Shown here one piece after another: positions 1-12,382 of a DNA stretch of 64,000 nucleotides. Source of the DNA: Prorocentrum cordatum (Eukaryota); the NCBI GenBank assembly GCA_963575745.1, contig CAUYUJ010000114.1, forward strand, positions 248,001 through 312,000. The letters are read 5' to 3'. Each line of letters opens with the position of its first letter. Within the stretch, counting starts at the first letter, position 1. Both the position numbers and the translations under genes were made by a program. The notes beneath the pieces are model-generated. The model ran no database searches, was not told where the DNA came from, and was given only the letters and a program-made list of their open reading frames with translations.

Positions 1-1
1 C

Positions 2-2498
2 GAAGTCAATGAAATCGTTAGTACTGTCACCGCGGGATGTAGAGTCGACACAAACCAACAAAGGGTCGGAAGCCAACAAAGGAAAAATCTGTTGGTTGTG
101 TGATGGGCATCCGAAGATGTTTCGCCTTTGGTGTCCCGGGGCCCAACCACTAGTACGAACGGGACTCTCGTTCGCCTCAAGATCCTCACGCCAGGGGTCA
201 TCACCGCTGCGGTTTCCCGCTGCGTACCGATGGCTACCTGTGTCGGTGAGGCTAGCGATGGCAATGGGGCGAGACAAGTGGCCCCCAGATCCGCACGGCG
301 GGTCCAAACGACAACTGCCCCCTCCTATGTACTGGACATGGTGTTTAGGCGAAGCCGTTCTCATGTCACTGTTGAGGTCTCGAGCGGGGATGTCGATGAA
401 CGAGTTGTAGCTGTTTTCCACGAACGAGCCAACCGAACCTGCGCAGTCGCTCTTGTGTGGAAGAGCTTTTCCGTGTGTCAATCCAGAAGAGGGCCGCTGG
501 ACACCAAAATTATGTCCGTGGTTGGGCGTGTCAAGGCTGTCTAGACCTAATGGGCGATGCTCCTTTTTGTACATGTTATATGTGTCGTCAAGAGAAGAGC
601 TCACCCATCCACCAATGGCGGTGGATCCAACTGTAGGCCATGCACCTTGGAGTCCTTTCCACAAGGACGTGGCGGCGTGTGAGAGGCACTCAAGAGATGG
701 CATCAACGGTGGCTCGCTGCGGTCTCCCGCTGCTATGCTGCGGTCTCCCGCTGCACGGCCGAGAGCCTCGGTGCGAAGCCAGTTGAAGTGTTGAACGATG
801 CTCTCCAATTGGTCACTCATATCCTGGTCGAGGCAAGCCTTGGCTACATACGAATGCAGAACAGCAAAGAATGAAACCCAAGGGAGTGTCGTCTCCTGCA
901 ACAAATTTTGCATCGAAATCTCAACATCCATCTCGACGGCGTTACGAAGGTCTTTGCGTGAGCATTCAAAGAAGCAAACGCCAGAGCCCTCTGGTGCCTG
1001 AGTAAAAGCTATCGGGAACTTATTAGGGCCTGCCCACGGTAGCTGAGTATCGAACGCAGCTCCAACAGTGGGTCGAATGATTGGTCCGTCTGGAGGAAGA
1101 GTGCAGGCTGGGCGCTGGATCATCGGAAAGGCACGATTGAAACGTAGTGTCCCTACCGTGATGTCAACCATGTCAACGTCCTGGTCATCGCCGCCCTCTA
1201 GCGGGGGTTGCCCTCCGCGTGGAGCGATAGGGTTACCCCCTGAGCTCGATGCGGTGCCCCGCTGCATGCTGCTGGGGGGGGAACGAGACCGATCCTGCAA
1301 CTGTGTGTTTGAGCCGCCTACCGCGCCGGGGCCGGGCGGGGCGGCCGGAGTTTCCTCCGCTTGGGAAGAAACGCTGCGGTTATGCATAACATCTCGTATG
1401 ACAAGAGTGCGTAATGGTGAAGAAGAGGATGGATCAGGGGAAAACGATGTCGAAAAACGGTGACCTGTATCAACCTTACGCCTAGGTCGGGTCGGGCTCT
1501 TAGCCCGGGTCGGTCCCGGGTCTATCTTGGCCCGGGTCGGACTCTTCTGAGGAGACTTGCGGCGTTGTCGCGGGGACTTGGTCCGTGCCGAACGCGAAGC
1601 GTTGGACCCGGCTGTGATGCTGTGATGATGTCCACATGAGTGTAAACCCTCGTGATTAGGGCAACTAACACATCTCTTACCACATGCTGATCCAACGTCG
1701 CCCCAGGGGTCCTTGGAAGTGAGAGCAACTTCACAGAAGCCCGAACATCCTGGAGGTTTTGGGGGGTCGGCGGAGCGCGGTAGACCGTTGGGTGTAGTCC
1801 CCTCGTCCTCCGTCATAATATGTTGACGCATGCCCTTATTCAATGATGGCGAAGGACGAATGAGCGCAAGCTCGAGAAGTGTTTCCCAAACATTACTCTT
1901 TTTGGAGTCGAAATGTTTTGTCATCATGTCCGCAACTTGTTCCTTAGTACCTACGTGTGACAAATGTATTTGTTCATGTTGACAGACTTCCACGATCCAA
2001 TCCAGGTTGATTCTATGCGTGCGATGGAGGTGCCGCAATGCGGCCGTCCTACCTTTCTTTACTATTTTGATAACAGCCTCATTGTCCTCGGCTATGATAA
2101 GCTGTACCTGCGGAGGGCTCTTATCAGAATGAACTTTGCGATGGTCATGTAGAGGATGTTCGCCGAATGTTGTTAGGGTGGATCGAGGAGAGTCGTAAGT
2201 GCCAGGGGCTGGGGTTTCCCCCTGCTTCTTATACGTTGGTGGCTTACGCTGTTTGCGAGAGGCGGCGGCAACTTTGTCGCGGGCCTTGTGCGTGCGTACA
2301 ACGTGTTCCCAAAAGGTAAGCAGGGGGAGGCCTTCAACCCGGAGCGCCGTGTCCAACGCGACGATTTCGGATTCCGTAGAGGAATGCGAAACCACGGTTT
2401 GTTTCTTACACACGGCGTTGATCGGGAAGAAAGTGTTGGGGCCCACAATGGCGGCAAAGATGCCTGTCGTGGACTTCGACGTAGAAACGCAATCTGCA
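2..2498 (-). CDS. RNase H plus long C-terminal extension of copia-1 Pol; open to the window edge and absent from the ORF track
   Basis: Manual translation gives SKSTTGIFAAIVGPNTFFPINAVCKKQTVVSHSSTESEIVAL...AEDNEAVIKIV...RHLHRTHRINLDW...EQVADMMTK, the typical copia RNase H motifs. No stop codon follows down to position 2. Confidence 0.88.
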
Positions 2499-5400
2499 TG
2501 GAAAGTTTATCGGCGGAATCGCCGATGAAACCCTGCAAGCTATGCGTCTTGGTGTGCTTGATGTAGCATACAAGACGATGCAGACGTTTGTCGCAAGCTC
2601 GATTCCATTTGGTAATCTCGCGTGCCAACATGCAGACTGGGTGTAATAAATCAAAGCGACAGCATCTTGCAAGATATAAAATTTTCATTAGAATGCTAGC
2701 CGACTCTGGGCCGAGGACGCCTTTGTCGTCAAAATCAGCTTCTGTGAAGGCGGAGTCCTCGATCCCAGGGGTTTCGGAGACGGGTAGGTCTCGGAACTTC
2801 ATTTTCGGATTGTCTGGAATGGTAGCAGCAACCTCAAGGTAGCGATCGATACATTGATCAATATACCCGCTCATATTATATCGAACGCCACGGACATCTT
2901 TGGCAGTTTTGTAGGCTGCGGTGTCCCGCTGCGCTTGAGGCAGTAAAGGACGAATGGTCTCCATACGTTTGTTGAACTCGATGTCTGATACTGTATATGG
3001 AGCCTGTCCGCAACCGAGATATTGATCAAGTTTGGTGGGCGGATCGATCTTGATGCCACTGTCCCGGATGAGGTTCCATCCAGCTTCTAGGTTGTCTTTT
3101 GGGCCGGCCAGCTTGAAGTCGTCGACGTATACAGAAAGCACCAATCCAAGTTTAGGGTGGGTCCAAATGCATTCCCATCCTTGCATAGGAACGAATCCTT
3201 TGCTCTCAAGGCATGTCTTGCAGTGTCTCTCCCAAAAGACGCCAGCAAGAGGATGACCATAGAGAGCCAAACGGAGTCGGCACACTGGGTCTTTGTATTT
3301 AGCCCATGATGCTGGTCGACGTGCCGGTGGGAGGCTGATCCATGTATCGACTGGGTCAATTCTGCCATCACCGTACAACAGCGCCTGCGTGTATGCTGAT
3401 GGTGCATCACTCTGGCCACCATTGTAACCGGGCATGTGTGCGACAGCATCAACGAGCTTTGACGCCTCAATATGTGATGCGCTGGATGCGGCATCAGCGA
3501 AAACCGCTGCCAGGCCTGTTTGATCTTTCATAGTATTTCCCTGGCAGACAACGCGACCTTTGTATTTGCGCTGTTCAGGTGGGAGTTCGGAATGCTTCAC
3601 AGTTCCGAGTTCGAGTAAATGCGCAAAATGAATGTCCTTGCCCTCCTTAATGGCCTGCGCTTTGACATCGGCGCGTTCAGCGACGGTGTCTTCCATCCAT
3701 GTGGTCTGTGCGCGAAGGCGATCATATTCTCCACGGAGAGCGGCCTGAGCGCGTGGTTCTGCTGCTATTTGCTTTTTATTGAGGCTCTGGGTTACCAGTG
3801 CATATGAGGTAGTGTCATGACGCTCACGATGTGGCTGATCAGGCGTGTCTTTGGGAAGGACGGCCATGATAGGAGCATCAACAAAACCAGAAACCTTTCT
3901 CTGCCGGACAAACTGCGCGAAGGTCGGTTTCAGTGTGAGACAAAGTGGATTCAAAGCACCGAATGATGGACCATCGTGTTCAATGTTTGTCGGTGATGCG
4001 ATCGCCACTGCAGCTCTAGCCGGCGATGATGACGATGCACTGGTTTCCCGGTGCTCATTATCGGGTAAATAATACAGCACCGTAGTAATGTCTCGGGGAC
4101 CACCAGGGACAGGGGCGTACAAAATAGTTTTGTCTGTGACGCCCTTGACTTGTTCATCTCGGATCGTGTCTCCGGTGTGCGTGTCAAGAGTGATTCGACG
4201 CTCGACACGGTCCCATTTCGGTCCATCCGAGCGTGTTGTTCTAAGTGTTTTGGCGTTGTTATCCTGACGAGACCAGGTCTTCAGAGTTGCCTCATGTCGG
4301 CGAGCACGAGCTTCGGAAACCAGCTTACCGAATGCACGTTCGCGATCGCGCTGGCGACCAGAAAGACACTTCCAGTACTCCACGAGACAGTGATCGGGCC
4401 TAGTAGTTTTCTGTATTTTGGTATCACGTCCCATTGATTTAATTTTGCCATCGGAAGTGTATTCTGGAGCATAGTAAAATCGCACGGTGCCTGTCCAGGG
4501 TTCTCCCAGGGCTCGATGATCGCTCTCACTGACTCCATCCCATGTGTCTCTGAACTTGTCCTGTCCCTGGAATGTCGATGTAGTTTCAAATTCACGAATT
4601 ACATCGAACTTTTCCAATGGTACCGGTAGCCCTTCTGGGGCGTCCGTAGGGATAAACAACTGCAAACGTGGGGTACATATGTGACGAAGAATCGTAGCAT
4701 CACGTACTTCCCAATAGTCTGGAGTTGCCGCAGGGGCGGTTGGTAATTCTGCCTCTGCGACGGCTGAGGTTTCCCCCTGCATCGGCGCATGAGCAGGGTC
4801 GTCCCAGTCCACAGGGTAGTTGCTGAGTCGTGGGGCATCGTTGCGCATGGGGTCCAAGCAGTCGCCGAGAGGTATTTTGGCCTCATCTGCAATGGACTCG
4901 TGCATGGGCGGGTTATGATGAGTAAGAACGCCGTCAGCGACTGGGAACTCAAGTTTAGCTGGTACGACGATATCTTTGACACGATGAACGTGACAATGGG
5001 TGCTGTCTGGGTATTTGGCATATGTGGCGGTGTCGACGACTAGGTAATCTCCAGACCATCGTCCGCCAGCATGCATATGATAACCCATGAACAATCCCTC
5101 GCGTGTCGTCTTCGTGAATTTCTTGCCATCACTATCTGTGTTGAGTTCCGGGTACAGGCATTTCCAATATACTTTGGAGCCAAAGGGTACTGTACGTCCA
5201 TTGAATGACTCTCCGAAGCGAATCTCATATGGCGTAAGTTCCGCCTTATTTGGATCGGAAGATGCGGTACCGGTAGTAGACAGAGAGAAGTTGGTGGCAT
5301 TACAGAAACATTGCATAGCCTCGCACCACCATTCATGTCCCAGACCAGAAGCCATAAGGACAGCCTTTGTGCCTTTGACCACGCGCTGCACAGCACGCTC

Positions 5401-8400
5401 TACAGTCCCGTTAGTCTGAGGTCGGTGTGGCGTGCTGGTATCATGGCGCCAGCCAAGTGTGGCACATGCTTTGATGAGTTCTTTGGAATTGTCGGTATAA
5501 ATATGTTTAACCTCATCATTGGGGGCGACAAATTTCGTCAGACTAAGTTTGGTGGTTTCGGCATCCTTGTGCAATGCTGGATAGGCCATCATGGTGCCCG
5601 TGTGCTTGTCTAGGACAACAAGAGCACACCTTTCCTTCAGCCTGCCAGTGGCCTCATCATCTCCAATAATGATATGATCTGCTGTCAAGGAATCTCCAAA
5701 TTTCTTCGGTACGAACGCCTCATAAGTAGAATCATCTTCGTTTTTCTCGAGATCTGAACGTATCTTATGTTTTCTTTTGCAAGGCTTGTTGCGAATCAAA
5801 GCTCGAGCGCATATCTCACAATCTGGGTGTTTGGGAGAATGAGTCAAGTAATGACTGGGGTCAATGCTCGGTCTCTCGACGACAGGGAGAGCGCACTCAG
5901 GGCCCTGCTGCGGGTCACCGCTGCACGAGGGTTTATTTAGAACCTCGAGGGTGTAACACCAGCATGGGCCTTTAGTGGGGGTCTCCTCTGCGGGGTCGAT
6001 GGGAAAGGTCTGAAAGCGACCACGACCACAGTCCCTGTGAGACATGCTTTTCCACTGTGGCAGGATCACTCCGCAGCATGATGTCCTGACGCGTCGGCGT
6101 GGGCATTCCTTCGTGTGTCGCCTCGCGGAATACAAGGGGGTCGGTGGAGGTGGCGGAGCATCATGCATGTGGTCGATATTGATCTGTGGAATAAAGTTAT
6201 GTACCACAGCCTGTTTAGGCTGGCCATGTGGGGGTGTTAGTACGCATCCAATTCTTCTGTTCCAATGTATATCCCAATCATCTTCCTCGACAAGACGACC
6301 CATGGACCAAACGGACGGGCAATTATCCATGACCAGGGTGTCTTTCTCGATGCCGAGTGCTGGGATTTTGACACGTACATGTTGGTTGACGATTCTCTCG
6401 CCATTGGCGGTTTCCAAAATGTGTTCTCGTCCAATGCGAATGCCCTTTTTCTCGGATTCTGTCATGTCGGCTTTATCTGAAATGTGTAATGCCGAACCGC
6501 TATCAAGGACGAAAGAACGCGATATTGCTACCGTGTCCTTTGTTGGAGGGGCGCTGGCTGCAGTTTCCTGCCGCGACGAAGCTGCAGTTTCCTGCTGCTC
6601 TGGTGCTGCAGTTGCCTGCTGCGCCGTGGCATATGTGTGGAGCAGCACGTCCTCCTGTGGAATTGCGACGTAGCAATAATCGAAGTGGATGTCCTCGTCG
6701 TCGTCCAGCCTCCGTATGAGGGCGAATGCATTCTCCTGGGCGCGTGTCAGATGAGCCTGAGAACGGATCCACCACCAATCGGGTATTGGATCTGGAACGT
6801 GGACAGCACCGCCTTTGTTTGGTGACTCCCGATACGGTCTCATCTTACGTCGAACCGTGAAAAAGTCGATATCGGTAGCAGCAAGGTTCCAGCGAACCTT
6901 TAGTTTTGGTGTCGATGTCGTCGCAGGCGGTTTGGTCTTGAGAATCTGGGCCTTTGAGATACCATGTGTAGGTGAAACTGCGAGGATCTTCTCGCGTATC
7001 ACGTACACTCGGTTGGTGTTCCGAGCGGGAGAGCGCTGTCGTTGACTGGACTGCGATGTCCGACTGGAACGGGAGCCAGATCGTGAATCTCTCTGAGACC
7101 ATCTTGTACCGCCTGGACTACGTGATCGGCCTTGCCGCTGAGACGAACGAGACGGCGATCGCGAGTCCTTCTGGGACCAGCGAGTGCCACCTGGGCTCTT
7201 GGAGGGCTGTCGAGTGTTCGTTGAGAAACGACGGTTGCCCCCCGGACTCCTGGAGTAAGCCCTGCCCCCCGGACTCCTGGTGAAAGATCGTGATCTCTGC
7301 GACCAGCGTCTACCACCTGGGCTTCGGGAGGGGAACCTCTGTTCGCTTCTGGGCCTGCTGGGGCTGCGAGGCGGCGTCTTGAAGCCATTTTTATAGTGGG
7401 CAAATTTGCAGGTATCCCCGTTGGTGCAATTGCCCTTCTGATAGAAGACGCAAGGATGCACGTGGTGCCGGTTGCAACCAGTGCGCTGACACATATTACC
7501 CTTTGCGAAATCGTAGCAAAAATACCTGGCAGCTGGAGGCCTCGAAGTAGCCGCGCCAGAGGCGCTGCCTCGAGCGTCTCTACGATGTTGAGATGATTGG
7601 CGATTCCTGGGAGGATCACGAGACGACGGGTGGCGTCTGGGCGGCGGTTTCTTTTCAGCAGTGTGCAAAAACTTACATGTATCTGGACGGGGACACCCTT
7701 TGCCCTTGAAGAAAGGGACGCAATGTGAGTTGCGGCTTGATTGTTTGGTCTTAGTCTTGGCAGGGGCAACGGTGTCCCGCGATTCTTTTTGCATGCTGTA
7801 TTGATTCTTCTGTAGCTTGTGTAAATCAAGAACGTCGTAAACTCTTTGATGGAGCCAATTGTATGTCTTGATCTCCTCTCCGTTCTCATCTTTGGCTCCA
7901 GCCCTGGCTTTGTTGTATTTGCTCATGTCTTCTTTCATCCAAGGATGTCTCTGAACCTGAGTACGAAAGAGGGATTCCATGATGTACATCTCGGGTAGTT
8001 TGTTAAGAGCCAATAGTAATCGATCCCATTCGACGATGAAACGCTGGAGATCGTCTCCGTGCATGCGTAGATTCTTAATGCGATCAAAGTCGTGAAGGTG
8101 ATCCTCGGCAACGGTGACGTCAAATGAACGGATAATCTTCTGATATACCTGACGTCCTTTAAGCATGCGCTTGGCTTTGTGTTCAACGTCCTCTAACAGC
8201 TTCATTTGCAATCTTAACTCATGTGGGAGGATCTCGAGAAGAGCGTCAGCTAACTTACAGTCGAGGCTCTCGAAGTCGCCGCTGTCGGCGAGATCCTCAA
8301 AAGTCATCTCAGGGTTCTCCGCTACCATGATGAAGGCGTACGCCTGAGCTGGGCGTCCAGAGGCGTTTCTGAAACCCTTGCGGACTCCGTTCATCCAATC

Positions 8401-10533
8401 GGCGACTCCTGTGATCTTAGGGAAGCCTGGGACCCGAACACGGTCACTTTCTTTGACTGTGGCAGGAAGTAGTGACCCGCCAGCATTATACGGGGATTGC
8501 GCAACGTTGGAGCCGAGTGTACCTATATTAATGGGAGAGTGTGTTCGAAAGCTAGCATTGTCTGCAGCTGTCTCAGGGGCAGAAGGCTGGGCTGCGGTTC
8601 CCCGCTGCTCGTCAGCACCAGTTCCTGCCTGAGGAAGTGTCGGCTTGGAAGCGGCCCCAGTAGAACCCCCCGCATCGCGAGCAGCGGCGTCAGGGGAGGG
8701 GCGGCGATAGCCGGTATCAGGTGTATGTTTGGCTGCGTCCGCGATGTGATCTTGTATTGTTTGCTCAAGCGTGGTGTTGTCTGCTTGCAGTTTTGCGACA
8801 CAATCAGACAATACTTCCCATTCAGCGTGTTGATGTTTCTGAGTGTCTGTGAGGAATCGAACGTCATCCTTATTGTGGGTAGTAAGATTGACAATTAGAG
8901 TACGCAGGTCAACATTCTCGTTAGCAAGACGAGCCATCTCAGCGTTCATTTGATCCAGGCGCGCATTCGCGCGTGCTGACTCGGCATCCCTCTCGGCCAC
9001 AGAATCCTGCAGCTGCCTTTGCAAGTGGGCCACCTCCGCTCGGACGGTCTGTAGAACAGCTGCCGTCACGTCGGGGTTGGTCACCGTAGCAGTGGGACTC
9101 ACCTGCGCAGTATGAGCCCGTGCGACCTGCAGCTCAGCTACGGTCTGCTCGGGAGTGTGGACTCTGGATAGAAGCTGTGGTACATGTTGAACCTGACAGG
9201 AAGAGAGTTGAGCTTGGAAAGCGTTCTCGGCCTCACATAACTTGCCATACAAATCTTGCTGAACGGAGCGTGTATAATCGTGCAGCTCACGTGCTGCAGC
9301 TTCCGTTTCACCACGGATCGTGGCAATATGACCTTGTAGTGCGGTGGAAGGCGCTCCGAAGGCACCTGAAGCTGTGCCCGCGACTTCTCGCAGCTCTTCG
9401 CGAAGAATGCGTGCACGTTCATCGTTGTGTTGACGAATCTGAATGACGCTAGCTTCAAGTCGATCGAAGTCGGACTTGACGGCCACAAGTTCGTTAGTCT
9501 CGCGATCTCGTTGTGTATCGAGACGCTGCATCAGCTGTTGCATGATCCGACGGTCCTCTTGGACGGCAGCGTCCAGGATCGAAAGACCCTGTTGGAGGTC
9601 ACTCCGGAGGACGGCGGTATCAGAGGCCACAGCCTTGTGGACGAGGCTAGTTTGATATTCAACGTATGTGTGCACGTGATCTCGTAGCTCAGCCATGTCT
9701 TGCATTGGCAGAGCCTCCCTATGTCGGTTTGCGGCTGGGGAACTATGGGGCCTAATACGAACCCCCCGGACAGATGGACTCCTACTGCCGCGATCGTCTC
9801 GAATAATGTACTGTTCGGGGCCACGCCTGGGAGCTTGGCTCTTAGAATGAGCACGGCGACTAGGGCCATGGTCAGAAGTACGGTTTTCGAATTCACGGAC
9901 TCGCTCATAAACCTGTCCCTGTTCAATCCCTGTTTGTTCGGGCGTCCCATGGCCCCACCTTCGTGTGCCTGTGCCTCTCTCTCTCGGAGGGGAGGAAGGT
10001 GTAGGCATGTGTGGAGCTGCGGTATCCCGCTGCACTGTCTGGGACGGTGCTGCGGTGGCCCGCTGCGCTGTTTGTGGCGGGGCTGCGGTTTCCCGCCGCG
10101 CTGACTGGTGCAGTGCTGCGGGAGGGACGTCAGATGTGGTATGAAGGGTGGGGAATTGAGGCGTGAGCCCTGGAGCGGCGTGTAAGAATCGCTGCTGTAG
10201 GGGGGTCTGATCTCCAATAGGAAGTGGGGGTGCGGAAACGCTATGAGCATGCAAGGCACGAAGCTGTTGCAACTCAGCTTGCATAGCGTGGAGCTGAAGT
10301 GCCGCCTGGGTGGGCAACGCTGGCATTGCTGCGGTTTCCCGCTGCATTGACTGCGCTGCACTGGGTGGGGGCATAGCTTCGTCCAATCCGTCGGTTCCTG
10401 GAGAGATGGCCATGCGGGCCGCAAAATTGGGGGAAGCTCCTAGAATATCGGACATATCAGCATCCAAGTTGCGCGCGACTGACGGCGACGACTCATCATG
10501 CGGGAGGACGGACGACTGGTGTCGTGCCGTCAT
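2499..10533 (-). CDS. Gag-Pol polyprotein: coiled-coil/Gag, 3 CCCH fingers, RS-rich region, aspartic protease, integrase, reverse transcriptase; frameshifts near 2498
   Basis: ORF 2173..10533 contains protease FVLDSGSALH (~6500), integrase HYLTH...CEIC with TADH / YTDNSKEL / NGTVERAV, and RT motifs KYKGRVVCQGN, SDAPSAYTQA, ALYGHPLAG and SVYVDDF (~3120). The last ~110 aa of the listed ORF are out of frame. Confidence 0.93.
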
Positions 10534-10602
10534 CTCGCATAACTAGTCCGATGTCGTCAGGTCGGGGCGCAGGTTGGACGCGATGTCGGATATAAAAGAG
10601 AA

Positions 10603-10613
10603 GGCTGATAACC
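10603..10613 (-). promoter_or_regulatory. Putative primer-binding site GGTTATCAGCC (half-tRNA anticodon-arm type)
   Basis: It follows the CA LTR end immediately and differs by one base from the Ty5/copia-type GGTTATGAGCC PBS, which pairs with the tRNA-iMet anticodon arm. Confidence 0.55.
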
Positions 10614-10788
10614 TGTGTGAGGGTGAGGAGGACCAATGGACCGACCCCACCCCCGAGTGTCCGTCGGTAGACGATGAGGGACGATGGTTTTACCCAACGT
10701 ACCTCCAAGTATCGAGTACCTGTCATCCGAGCCAAGAGGGGCGATGGATATGAGCAAGATAGGAGGAAAGTAGGGGGATTCACACACA
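10614..10788 (-). repeat. Candidate 5' LTR of copia-1 (~175 bp)
   Basis: The minus strand starts TGTGTGTGAATCC at the junction with host repeat and ends CTCACACA directly before the PBS-like motif. The partner LTR is not in the window. Confidence 0.6.
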
Positions 10789-11340
10789 AGAAGGCCCAAG
10801 AGGCCTCCCACGAGGCCCAAGAGGCCTCCCAGGAGGACCCCCGGGAGCCCCAAGAGGCCTCTCAGGAGGCCCGAGAGGCCTCTGAGGAGGCCCCAGAGGC
10901 GTCTCAGGAGGCCCAAGAGGCCTCGCAGGAAGCCCAAGGCGCTTCCCAGAAGGCCCAAGGAGGCCTCAGGAAGCCAAAGAGGCCTCCCAGGAGGCCCAAT
11001 AGGCCTCCCAGGAAGCCTAATAGGCCCCCCAGGAAGCCCCAAAGGCCTCCCAGAAGGCCCAAGAGGTCTCTCAGGAGGCCCAAGAGGCCTCTCGAGAGGC
11101 CCATGAGGCCTCTCAGGAGGCCCAAGGAGCCTCCCAGGATACCCAAGAGGCCTCTCAGGATACCCAAAAAGCCTCTCAGGAAACCTAAGACGGCTTCCCA
11201 GGAGGCCCCGCACGCTCCGCGCGCCTCGCGCGCCCGCGCGCCCCCCCGCGCCCCCGCGCGCCCCCCCGCGCCCCCGCGCCCCCCCGCGCCCCCCCGCCCG
11301 CGCCCCCCCCCCACGCCGCCCCGGCCACCATCCCCCGGTT
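10789..11340. repeat. GC-rich degenerate minisatellite (AGGCCCAAGAGGCCTC-like, then CCCCGCGC)
   Basis: Visible short-period repeats. The same family recurs at 51570-52760, 54430-55700 and 56800-57330. Confidence 0.85.
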
Positions 11341-11343
11341 AGC

Positions 11344-11344
11344 C

Positions 11345-11398
<54 letters not shown>

Positions 11399-11592
11399 TT
11401 ACTATTACTACTACTACTGCTACTACTGCTACTACTACTACTACTACCTCCACTAAAACTACTACTACTACGATCACTACTACTACTTGCATTACTATAC
11501 GACTACTTTTGATACTACTACTAGTAATAGTAATACGACGACGATGCCTATGACGACTACTACTACTACTACTACTGCTGTTGCGACTACTG

Positions 11593-11644
<52 letters not shown>

Positions 11645-11660
11645 GACCACTACTACTACT
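11344..11660. repeat. (CTA)n microsatellite tract
   Basis: Directly visible. Confidence 0.95.
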
Positions 11661-11789
11661 GGCGGTCTCGTGCACCACATCACCACGGCCCATCCACCTT
11701 GGGGAGAGCGTCCTTGCGGCTGCCTCATTGCCAGCATGTAGCGGGCACCTCTTCCGGGTGAAAGGGCGGGTCTGACGCGCATGCAGCGC

Positions 11790-12200
11790 CGAGCGCTGGT
11801 CCGAGGGAAGCTGGCCCCCACGGCCCAAAGCGAGGCGCCAGCAGCGGTGCAGCAGCACACGGGGCGACCCCAGTACCGCCATCCAGGCCAACTAGCGCGA
11901 GAAGACGCGAGAAGAGGCCAGGATGGCAAGCCAAGGGCGGGGCAGGCGCTCGACCGAGGGCGGCTGGTCCCCACGGCCCAAGATGAAGCGCCAGCGGCGG
12001 TGCAGCAGCACGCGGGGCGACCCCAGTACCGCCATCGAGGCCAACTAGCGCGGGAGGGCGCGAGAGGGGGCCAGGATGGCAAGCCAAAATGGCAAGGCGC
12101 CCAACGGCGTCGCGGCAGCACACGGGGCGGCCCCAGCACCGCCAGCGAGGCTCACGAGCGCAAGTGAGCGTGAGAGGAGGCCAAGATGGCAAGCTAGTTG
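11790..12200. repeat. ~153-bp tandem repeat, about 2.5 copies
   Basis: GCCAGC.GCGGTGCAGCAGCAC.CGGGGCGACCCCAGTACCGCCATC recurs at ~11837 and ~11990, with a partial third copy at ~12116. Confidence 0.8.
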
Positions 12201-12382
12201 GCGGGCCAGAGTAGCTCGGCGCACGGATGACCGCACGCAGAGCAGAGGCTAAAGCCACTGGTGTTGCCACGCGAGGGGGGCGCCACTGTAGGCACGCCGC
12301 ACTACTGAAAGTGGCAGGCAAGAAATCTTGGCATGGACTCACGCGGCCTGTCGCGGCCATGGAACCTGCTGGGCTTCATTAT

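Larger units (their letters stand above)
1..10788 (-). mobile_element. Ty1/copia LTR retrotransposon (copia-1); 3' end lies beyond the left window edge
   Basis: Domain order is Gag-PR-INT-RT-RH. A candidate 5' LTR (TG...CA, 10788-10614) is followed by a PBS-like GGTTATCAGCC. The element abuts a GC-rich host repeat at 10789. Confidence 0.93.

Noticed and set aside
9..10546. Plus-strand ORFs over copia-1, and likewise over copia-2 and the LINE
   Set aside because: They are antisense shadows of the long minus-strand coding frames.
10584..10613. Alternative copia-1 LTR end at ...TATATCCGACA (10584)
   Set aside because: No recognisable PBS follows it, whereas the end at 10614 is followed by GGTTATCAGCC.
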